From positions 1 to 64,000 of the forward strand of contig JBBCAX010000121.1 of the NCBI GenBank assembly GCA_051382335.1: a DNA stretch of 64,000 nucleotides. The letters are read 5' to 3'. The number at the start of each line of letters is the position of its first letter. Position 1 is the stretch's first letter. This DNA is from Deltaproteobacteria bacterium TL4. Its GTDB lineage: Bacteria; SAR324; NAC60-12. The position numbers were made by a program, and so were the translations under genes. Below the pieces are notes generated by a model. The model ran no database searches, was not told where the DNA came from, and worked only from the letters and a program-made list of their open reading frames with translations. Positions 29,031 through 36,994 of this stretch are shown here, piece after piece.

Positions 29031-29365
29031 AAATAAACTCAGTAGAGGCTTAATAACGGCTGTGGGGGTACTGACACTGCGACTTTAAATTTGATAATTG
29101 TTTTGTATTGAATGTTAGCAATAGATGTTTAACACAATACTAAGACAAAATCAAAAAGTGAGGATCTTGAGTTATATCCTTACTGAGGAACGGGAGCAAT
29201 GCGGGCTTGGAAACGCTTCGCAAAAAGGGGGCGCTCCCCCAAATCATGGCAAAACATGACGTGAAAGAGTGAAACCCAACTGATGTCAGCGGTCGTCTTT
29301 AATGATTTCCCGGAAGTCAATGGGGAAAAGAGGTCCATTATCAAATAATTTTATCGGGAGGGACG

Positions 29366-30712
29366 ATGTCCAACAAAGAACGTTTAGTGGTAATCGGTGG
29401 TGTTGCTGCCGGAATGAGTGGCGCGAGTAAAGCCAAAAGGTTGAATCCGGATTTGGAAATTGTGGTGTTCGAAAAATCAGGGAATGTTTCCTATGGCGCC
29501 TGTGGTTTGCCCTATTTTATCAAAGGAGACATTAAAAATATTAATGATTTGATTGTCAGGACTCCAGCACAATTTGCAAAACAAGGCATTGAGGCGCATG
29601 TCCAGCACGAAGTCACACGCATTAATGTGGGAAATAAAACCGTCCATGTTACTAACTTAAAAAGTGGTGAAACCTTTGAGATAGTTTGGGATAAACTCCT
29701 CATCACCACTGGCGGCAATGCCAAGCGACCGAATTTCCCCGGGATGGATCTGGACGGAATTTTTACGCTTCGAACCCCTGAAGACGCGCTTGAAATAAGT
29801 GCCTGGATTGAAAAAGAACAACCCCGTCACGCGGTGATTGTGGGAGGCGGTTATATTGGCTTGGAAATGACGGAAGCCTTGAAAGCGAAAGGCCTAAAAA
29901 TCTCTTTGGTCGAACTGCTTCCGCATATTCCTCCCAACATGGATCAGGAAATTTCTGCTTTGGTACTCGAAGAACTCAAACGGCAGGAAATTGATGTTTA
30001 TTTAAATACTCCGTTAAAAGCCTTCCAGGGAAAAACGCATGTTGAAACAGTCGTTGCCGGTGAAAACGAACTTCCCGCGGAGCTCGTGATTCTTTCGATA
30101 GGAATTCGTCCTGCCACGGCTCTGCTCAAAGGGACAGGTATCGCTGTTGGAAGCTCAGGCGCGATTGTGGTGGACGATCACCAACGAACAACCGTCGAAA
30201 ATATATGGGCTGCCGGTGATGTTTCCGAAGCCCTGCACCTGGTGACAGGCAAGGCTGCCTGGATTCCCTTGGCAACCACAGCCAACAAGCAGGGAAAAGT
30301 CGCCGGTGAAAATATTGGCGGCGGTGATGCTCGTTTTGGCGGAATGCTTGGAACCGCGGTGGTCCAGGTTTTTGACCTGGATGTCGCGAGGACGGGCTTA
30401 ACCGAAAAAGAAGCGCAGAATTTGGGTCATAAGGTTCAAGCCACCATGATTAAAAGCACCACCCGTCCCCATTATATGCCGGGACACCAAGCCATTTGGG
30501 TGAAATTGCTTTATGAGCAGGAAAGCAAACGTCTTTTAGGGGGGCAAATGGTAGGGGGTGAAGGTGTGGCAAAACGGATTGACATTCTGGCCACAGCCCT
30601 TCATGCGGGTTGGAACGTCAACCAATTAGCGGATCTGGACTTAAGCTATGCGCCTCCCTTTTCTCCAGTGTGGGATCCCATTTTAGTGGCGGCAACGCTT
30701 GCGGTGAAATAG
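29366..30712 (+). CDS. CoA-disulfide reductase / NADH oxidase family flavoprotein
   Basis: IGGVAAGMS, SYGACGLPY (redox Cys), GGGYIGLE, AAGD, LDLSYAPPFSPVWDP. Confidence 0.88.
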   Translation: MSNKERLVVIGGVAAGMSGASKAKRLNPDLEIVVFEKSGNVSYGACGLPYFIKGDIKNINDLIVRTPAQFAKQGIEAHVQHEVTRINVGNKTVHVTNLKSGETFEIVWDKLLITTGGNAKRPNFPGMDLDGIFTLRTPEDALEISAWIEKEQPRHAVIVGGGYIGLEMTEALKAKGLKISLVELLPHIPPNMDQEISALVLEELKRQEIDVYLNTPLKAFQGKTHVETVVAGENELPAELVILSIGIRPATALLKGTGIAVGSSGAIVVDDHQRTTVENIWAAGDVSEALHLVTGKAAWIPLATTANKQGKVAGENIGGGDARFGGMLGTAVVQVFDLDVARTGLTEKEAQNLGHKVQATMIKSTTRPHYMPGHQAIWVKLLYEQESKRLLGGQMVGGEGVAKRIDILATALHAGWNVNQLADLDLSYAPPFSPVWDPILVAATLAVK

Positions 30713-30768
30713 CGTTTTGCTCCCAAAGGACCAAAGTGTTCGCATCAGGTGAGCGAATTCCTCAGCGC

Positions 30769-32427
30769 TCAGAAGGCTGGACATTCGTTGTCGATGATCC
30801 AGTTGTAAGTTATGACCAACAAGGTGACGTCACCACTGTAAGTTCCATTAATGGGTTCCTGGAAAGCGCCCGCTTGTACAGATTCATGGGTTTCCCAAGG
30901 TTTCATTTCAATATAGCCCAAGCCGAAGCCCAGGCTTTCTTTATCGTTGATCTTGATTTCGACACCCCCTCCGATTTCCAGAAGGGGACCGATTCCGGCC
31001 AAGGGGGAAACATATTTTTTTGAGGTCATTGCTGTGGTGTATTCGACACCGCCTTTGAGGATATATTTTTCATTGAGATGATAGCGCCCTCCTGCGCGAT
31101 AAGAGTGCGTGTCTTTAAATTTCAGGTCAAAACCCACTTTATCCGCGGAAAACCCAACCACCGTCATGGCATCACTGGGCTTGGTCAAGGTCACATCCAT
31201 TCTATCCATGATTGAAAATCCTTCTTTCGCGTAGCCAATTTCCAACTCCAGCCTTGGATTGATTTCATCATCTTTATACCCCAGGGCGATGTCGAGATGG
31301 TCCGGAAATTTGAGGTTCAGAATGGCAGGTTGATCGACCAAAGTGAGTTTTAGCGGGGGAAGACCTGAGGCGTTCATTGCCGCGTCAATTCCGTAGAGGA
31401 GTCCTGAAGCAATCGGCGTCAATCCCATTTTTAAATCGCCATAAATGGTCACTTTTTGAGAAGTAATGTAATTGATAGCGTAAAACAGGTTATTAAAGTT
31501 GCCCATATAAGAAAGGTTTTTGGTTAGAGAAAAACCTTTGCTAAACCCATAGAACTCAATTTTATCCATGATCTTGATCGGTGTTGGCAGAGCCTTTCTC
31601 AAGATGTTGCTGATGGTATCTTCAATAAAGTCCAGTGTGAAGGGAAGGGGCGTAATTTCGGTAACCAGGTTTTTTACAAATTTTGAAACATCCTTAACCA
31701 TATTGGGATTTTTCGCGTCGAGGATCACGCCATCTCTCCGGTATCTCGCATGGGCACTATGCGAGGTAAGCCCCAGACCAAAAGCATGATGAGGGCTCAC
31801 CTTATAAGCCACATCTGCGTTTAATCCCGCGACCAATAAATCGATATTTTGTACCAAACTCCGACCTACCCAGTGATTATCCCAGGCAATGGGAGAGACA
31901 AAAGGGATTTTCAAGGAAAGCCCCAACCCGAATTTTTCGCCAACATTCGCATACTGAAACAAGGGACCCGGTAAAATCGTGGGCTTTGTTGCTTCTTTAC
32001 GGAAAGTTTGTGTCCCACTGTGCGAAACCGTGGTATTGTTTCCATAGGAATAGGTCCGATCTTCTTCCCCATAATAATCTTCTTCAAGCGAGCCATCTCC
32101 GCCAAAGTAACCATTCCATCTTAAAGAAAAACGCGCCAAAAGCCCTGTAAAACTCATATGTTTCCCTGGAATTAAATACATCATTCCCGCAGGATTATAG
32201 GCCACCGTTTCCGCGCTAAAAGGCATCGTTGATAGCGCGTTAGCCTGCATGACCTGACTTCCTGACAAAACCGTATAATTAAAACTGCCGTAACAGATTG
32301 GCGTGCCCAAAAAGCAATAAAGAAAGGCTAAATACAAAAACTTATGCCGGATTCTCACAAACAACTGAGCGAGGAATGTGGAAAAGGGGCGACTCAACAT
32401 CGGTAACGTGATCGGGGGCATGATCAT
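30769..32427 (-). CDS. OmpP1/FadL-family outer-membrane long-chain fatty acid transporter
   Basis: YNPAGM, FGLGL...PF, AYKV, FPD...G, FKDT.SYRAG..Y; beta-barrel-like strands. Start uncertain. Confidence 0.72.
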   Translation of the reverse strand: MIMPPITLPMLSRPFSTFLAQLFVRIRHKFLYLAFLYCFLGTPICYGSFNYTVLSGSQVMQANALSTMPFSAETVAYNPAGMMYLIPGKHMSFTGLLARFSLRWNGYFGGDGSLEEDYYGEEDRTYSYGNNTTVSHSGTQTFRKEATKPTILPGPLFQYANVGEKFGLGLSLKIPFVSPIAWDNHWVGRSLVQNIDLLVAGLNADVAYKVSPHHAFGLGLTSHSAHARYRRDGVILDAKNPNMVKDVSKFVKNLVTEITPLPFTLDFIEDTISNILRKALPTPIKIMDKIEFYGFSKGFSLTKNLSYMGNFNNLFYAINYITSQKVTIYGDLKMGLTPIASGLLYGIDAAMNASGLPPLKLTLVDQPAILNLKFPDHLDIALGYKDDEINPRLELEIGYAKEGFSIMDRMDVTLTKPSDAMTVVGFSADKVGFDLKFKDTHSYRAGGRYHLNEKYILKGGVEYTTAMTSKKYVSPLAGIGPLLEIGGGVEIKINDKESLGFGLGYIEMKPWETHESVQAGAFQEPINGTYSGDVTLLVITYNWIIDNECPAF

Positions 32428-32898
32428 TTCCTTGGTTAAATTGTTAAAGGGGACAGCGTTTAGAAATCAATCCCGCTCCGTTCTTAGTGTTTTTTGCCCC
32501 TTATTTATTGGCGTAAATAAAGAGCACAGAAGCTGTCGCAAAGATCTTGGCGAATCTACAAAGGAGAGACCTTCCAGGAACTCCTATGAACGTAGACAAT
32601 TAGCGTGGCGACAAACAAGTCATAATTGCTGGTAATAAAGGAGAGGCCTTGTAATAATGAATGACGTAAGTCCCGACAATTCGAAAATGCGTAAGTCCTG
32701 GACGGGGCATTCCTCAAACTTGGCGGCATGAATATTTCAGCACCGCCTGCTCTCAGAAGATCTCTTTAGTCACGCTCCTTGAGGTTGGGCTTGATCTTTT
32801 TTCAGAAAATATCATAACTGAGACTCCAAAATTAATATACTGAGGTTAGGGTCCAGTACCCCTGAATCACCGATTGGATGAGGCTTGTTAAATTAGCC

Positions 32899-33058
32899 GG
32901 GGTTGGTCACATTTTCGGCCACAAATTGTAGGGGCGAACCTGTGTGTTCGCCCTGATCCCGGGCAGACACACAGGTCTGCCCCTACGGAACAAAACCCAA
33001 ACCAGGTGGTAAATCAAAGACCGTTTTTTGACACATGGCCGAAAATGTGACCAACCCC
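32899..33058. mobile_element. 160-bp MITE with perfect TIRs carrying REP doublet family E
   Basis: Perfect 23-bp TIR GGGGTTGGTCACATTTTCGGCCA, 8-bp TSD AATTAGCC (32891-32898 / 33059-33066). Internal GTAGGGGCGAACCTGTGTGTTCGCCC ... GGGCAGACACACAGGTCTGCCCCTAC (32928-32986). Confidence 0.93.
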
Positions 33059-33094
33059 AATTAGCCCACTAAAATATTTTTTAAAAGAGGAATT

Positions 33095-34954
33095 ATGAGT
33101 GATGACACCTCCATTACCTATAGTGTTGGAATTGACCTTGGTACCACTAATTGCTCCCTTGCTTATTTTGATCACACCCAAGAGGAACCGGAAACTTCAC
33201 AAGTTTTTGAAATTCCACAAGTCATTGAGCAAAACATGGTTGCTCCACGCTCCTGTTTACCGTCCTTTATTTACTTACCGCCTGAAGCCGAGTTACGAGG
33301 TGGGATTTATCGATTGCCTTGGAAAGCCGAACCTCACTCCGTTGTAGGGGAACACGCCAGAGGACGTGGAGAACAAACCCCCCTCCGACTCATAAACTCC
33401 GCAAAATCCTGGCTTTCCACACAGGGCGAACAACACGCGAAGATTCTGCCTTTAGCGGCCCCGGACGATATCGAAAAAATATCTCCTGTGGAAGCGTCTT
33501 CTCAATACTTGGAACATTTAAAACACGCTTGGGATGACGCGCATCCGGAAGCTCCTTTAGCAGAACAAGGCTTGATCATTACCGTCCCCGCCTCCTTCGA
33601 TGCGGTTGCACGTGATTTAACGTTAGAAGCGGCAAGGATGGCAGGACTGAACGGTGTGATTCTTTTGGAAGAGCCGATTGCCGCATTTTATGCGTGGCTC
33701 GCGGAGAATCCTCAATGGCGAGATCAAATCAACGTAGGGGATATTGTTCTGGTTTGCGATATTGGAGGCGGCACAACCGACTTTAGCCTGATTGCGGTTG
33801 ATGAAGAAGGAGGCGAGTTGCGACTCTCGCGAATTGCCGTTGGAAATCACCTGCTTTTAGGGGGTGATAATATGGATCTGGCTCTCGCGCGAGTGGCGCA
33901 ACTGCAGTTGGAAGCTGAAGGAAAAAAATTGGAACAACGTCAGTTCTTTGCTCTGGCTCATAGCTGTCGGAAAGCGAAAGAACAGCTTTTGTCGGATTCC
34001 AAATGGGAGGAGGTTCCTGTGGTGGTTCCCGGACGAAGCAGCAAACTGCTGGGGGGAACCTTGCAGACGCGACTTAAGCGAAAAGATCTGTTAAGTACCT
34101 TGCTGGAAGGGTTTTTTAGCCCCTGTGAAATCAACGATCATCCCCAGGAAGTCAAACGAACCGGTTTGCGCACGATAGGTTTAAACTACGCGAGTGACCC
34201 TTCTGTCTTGAGACATCTTGCTCAATTTCTTTCCAATAGTGTCAGATTCATCACTGAGGAAAACCCCCTTGCCTCGGCCCTTAAAGGTAAATCGTTTATT
34301 CATCCAACCGCTATTTTGTTTAATGGAGGCGTTTCCCAGGCAGAGGCTTTCAAACAACGCGTTACCGAAGTCCTTGACCGTTGGTTGGAAGCCGAACACA
34401 GTCCCGCCTTAAAAACCTTAACACCGGCAGATCCTAATTTGGCGGTTTCCCTGGGCGCGGCCTATTACGGAAATGTTCTGAGGGGTTCTGGCATTCGTAT
34501 CAAAAGCGCAACCGCTTTTTCCTATTATATTGGCGTGGAATCATCAATGCCCGCAATCCCAGGCCTGCCTCCTCTCCTGAACGCGCTTTGTGTGGTGCCT
34601 GTGGGCATGGAAGAAGGAAGTAGTTTTGAAATTAGCGAAGCGGAATTTGGCTTGGTGGTTGGCAAAACTGTCGAATTTCGCTTTTTCATGTCAAGGGAGC
34701 GACCTGAAGACCCGATTGGAGCTATCGTGGAAGACGCCGAGCATTATCTGGTGGCACTTCCCTCTATTGAAACCACACTGTCCAGCACCGCGGAAAAACA
34801 AGTGCCCGGAGCGGCCTTACCTGTACGTTTGAGGATTGTCCTGTCGGAAGTTGGGGCCCTGGAGTTGTGGTGTGATACCCTGGACAAGTCCGAAAGTTGG
34901 AAACTTGAGTTTCAGCTTCGCGGTGAAGCCTTGAACTCAACTCAAAACGGGTAA
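33095..34954 (+). CDS. Hsp70-family protein (non-canonical DnaK-like)
   Basis: GIDLGTTN, ITVPASFD, LEEPIAAFY, DIGGGTTDFS, LLGGDNMD. Confidence 0.88.
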   Translation: MSDDTSITYSVGIDLGTTNCSLAYFDHTQEEPETSQVFEIPQVIEQNMVAPRSCLPSFIYLPPEAELRGGIYRLPWKAEPHSVVGEHARGRGEQTPLRLINSAKSWLSTQGEQHAKILPLAAPDDIEKISPVEASSQYLEHLKHAWDDAHPEAPLAEQGLIITVPASFDAVARDLTLEAARMAGLNGVILLEEPIAAFYAWLAENPQWRDQINVGDIVLVCDIGGGTTDFSLIAVDEEGGELRLSRIAVGNHLLLGGDNMDLALARVAQLQLEAEGKKLEQRQFFALAHSCRKAKEQLLSDSKWEEVPVVVPGRSSKLLGGTLQTRLKRKDLLSTLLEGFFSPCEINDHPQEVKRTGLRTIGLNYASDPSVLRHLAQFLSNSVRFITEENPLASALKGKSFIHPTAILFNGGVSQAEAFKQRVTEVLDRWLEAEHSPALKTLTPADPNLAVSLGAAYYGNVLRGSGIRIKSATAFSYYIGVESSMPAIPGLPPLLNALCVVPVGMEEGSSFEISEAEFGLVVGKTVEFRFFMSRERPEDPIGAIVEDAEHYLVALPSIETTLSSTAEKQVPGAALPVRLRIVLSEVGALELWCDTLDKSESWKLEFQLRGEALNSTQNG

Positions 34955-35051
34955 GCTTTTTCAAGTATAAAAAACTCTTTGCGTTTATCTGTGGTGGATT
35001 CATTGAGTTTCTTCAAATCCCGATCCCACTCAACCGTCAACTGGGGACACT

Positions 35052-36317
35052 ATGAAAAAAGCTGGTATTTGGTATCCTTACGCACAAATGAAAAACCTGG
35101 AATTGAATTACAAGGTGGAATCGGCGAAAGGGGTTTATTTACAATTGTCTAACGGACAACGTTTAATTGACGCCATCTCTTCATGGTGGGCTGTTATTCA
35201 TGGTTATGGCCATCCAGAGTTGGATCAAGCCGTCACAGAGCAATTAAAGCGTGTCGCTCATGTGATGCTTGGCGGACTGGTCAATGAGCCTGCTGAAAGG
35301 TTAGCTCAAAAGTTGGTTGAAATCACACCCCCTGGTTTGAATCATGTTTTTTTTGGAGATAGTGGCTCCGTGGGGGTGGAAATCGCGCTGAAAATGGCGG
35401 TGCAATATTGGTTCAACCAGGGGGTTCCTCAAAAATCCAGGATGGTTGCTCTTCGTAAAGCCTATCATGGGGATACGACAGGGTGTATGTCGGTTTGTGA
35501 TCCGGAAGATGGCATGCACGCGCTTTTTCAAGACATTCTGAGGAAACAGTTCTTTGTGGACGCGCCAAACTGTGCTCCTGACGGTAAGACTGATGACGTG
35601 GAAGCGGATGTGCGAAAACTTGAAAGCCTGTTTCAAGCTCATCATCAGGAAATTGCGGGGTTCATTCTGGAACCGTTACTTCAGGCGGCAGGGGGGTTTA
35701 ATATGTACTCTCCGGTTTATTTGAAAAAAGTTCGTGCCTTATGTGACAAATATCAAATACTGCTTTTATGCGACGAGGTTGCTACGGGTTTCGGACGGAC
35801 CGGATCGTTGTTCGCGTCAAATCAAGCCGATATCACACCTGACATTATGATCTTGGGCAAAGGTTTGACCGCAGGCTATATGGGGCACTCTGCCACCCTG
35901 GCCACCGATAAAATTTTTGAAGCCTTTTATAGTGATCGTCCGGAACACGCGTTTATGCATGGCCCCACCTTTATGGGAAATCCTCTGGCGTGTGCTATTG
36001 CCTTGAAAAGTATTGAGGTGTTTCAGCGAGAAGATTACTTGAAGAAAATAAAGGTCATTGAAAACATCCTGAAAACACACCTCCTTTCCTTTCACTCTGA
36101 GAAAGTCAAAGCTATTCGCGTCTTAGGGGCAACAGGCGTGATCGAATTTTTTCATAAAAAGGATTTAAAAGGGGCTCAGGATTTTGCCGCGAAACAGGGG
36201 GTTTGGCTTCGGCCATTCAACACTTATCTCTACACCATGCCGCCTTATATCATTTCAGAAGAAGAACTTTTGAAAGTTATCGAGGTAATGAAATTATGGG
36301 TACTCACTCAATATTGA
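35052..36317 (+). CDS. bioA: Adenosylmethionine-8-amino-7-oxononanoate aminotransferase
   Basis: IWYPY, DAISSWW..IHG, DSGSVGVEIALKMA, YHGDT, DEVATGFGRTG, GKGLTAG, HGPTFMGNPLACA. Confidence 0.95.
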   Translation: MKKAGIWYPYAQMKNLELNYKVESAKGVYLQLSNGQRLIDAISSWWAVIHGYGHPELDQAVTEQLKRVAHVMLGGLVNEPAERLAQKLVEITPPGLNHVFFGDSGSVGVEIALKMAVQYWFNQGVPQKSRMVALRKAYHGDTTGCMSVCDPEDGMHALFQDILRKQFFVDAPNCAPDGKTDDVEADVRKLESLFQAHHQEIAGFILEPLLQAAGGFNMYSPVYLKKVRALCDKYQILLLCDEVATGFGRTGSLFASNQADITPDIMILGKGLTAGYMGHSATLATDKIFEAFYSDRPEHAFMHGPTFMGNPLACAIALKSIEVFQREDYLKKIKVIENILKTHLLSFHSEKVKAIRVLGATGVIEFFHKKDLKGAQDFAAKQGVWLRPFNTYLYTMPPYIISEEELLKVIEVMKLWVLTQY

Positions 36318-36328
36318 AAGGAATGTAA

Positions 36329-36934
36329 ATGACGGACTTATTCAAAGAAAAAGCTAAAGATTGGGATGTCAGTGACACCTCCAAGACCCTGTCGTCAGCG
36401 ATTGGCTCCTGCATATTGCAACATATTCCACTGCATCCTCAGATGCGTGTGATGGATTTCGGCGCGGGAACGGGGCTGATCAGTTTTCAAATAGCACCTT
36501 TCGTGAAAAAGATAGTTGCCGTAGACACGTCTGAAGCCATGTTGAGTATCCTTGTTTCCAAGCCGGAATTACAGGGCAAAGTGGAAATCGTCTGTCAAGA
36601 TATTACAGAGACCCCCCTTGATGGAAAGTTTGACTTAATTGTGAGTGCGATGGCGATGCATCACGTCAAAGACACACCCAAGCTCATTCAAAGATTCGCT
36701 GAGCATTTAAATTCCGGGGCGTTGATCGCCTTAGCGGATCTCGATAAAGAGGATGGGAGTTTCCATCCCAAAGATATTCAAGGTGTCTTTCATTCAGGTT
36801 TCGAAAGAAAGGCCTTACAAAGCCTATTGGAAAAACAGGGTTTCGTGAAAATTCATTTTCTGACAGTGACGCATATTGCTAACAAAGAGGGGCGGAACTA
36901 TCCGATATTTCTGGTAACAGCTACCAAAGCTTAA
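36329..36934 (+). CDS. Class I SAM-dependent methyltransferase
   Basis: DFGAGTG, VDTSEAM, FDLIVSAMAMHHV, DLDKEDGSFH. Confidence 0.88.
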   Translation: MTDLFKEKAKDWDVSDTSKTLSSAIGSCILQHIPLHPQMRVMDFGAGTGLISFQIAPFVKKIVAVDTSEAMLSILVSKPELQGKVEIVCQDITETPLDGKFDLIVSAMAMHHVKDTPKLIQRFAEHLNSGALIALADLDKEDGSFHPKDIQGVFHSGFERKALQSLLEKQGFVKIHFLTVTHIANKEGRNYPIFLVTATKA

Positions 36935-36966
36935 TAGAAGCCATGAATACAGAAACTTTCTGTGAG

Positions 36967-36991
36967 AGGGAGGAGCCTCGGGCTCCCCCTG
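36967..36991. terminator. GC-rich hairpin between convergent genes (possible terminator)
   Basis: AGGGAGGAGCC-TCG-GGCTCCCCCT. No strong U-tract. Confidence 0.4.
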
Positions 36992-36994
36992 CTC

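Noticed and set aside
32560..32760. Glycine-riboswitch-like GGAGAG motifs and a TGCGTAAGTCCTG TIR-like relic
   Set aside because: The GAAGG/CTCTCAGG core arrangement is absent. The TIR-like motif has no inverted partner or TSD.
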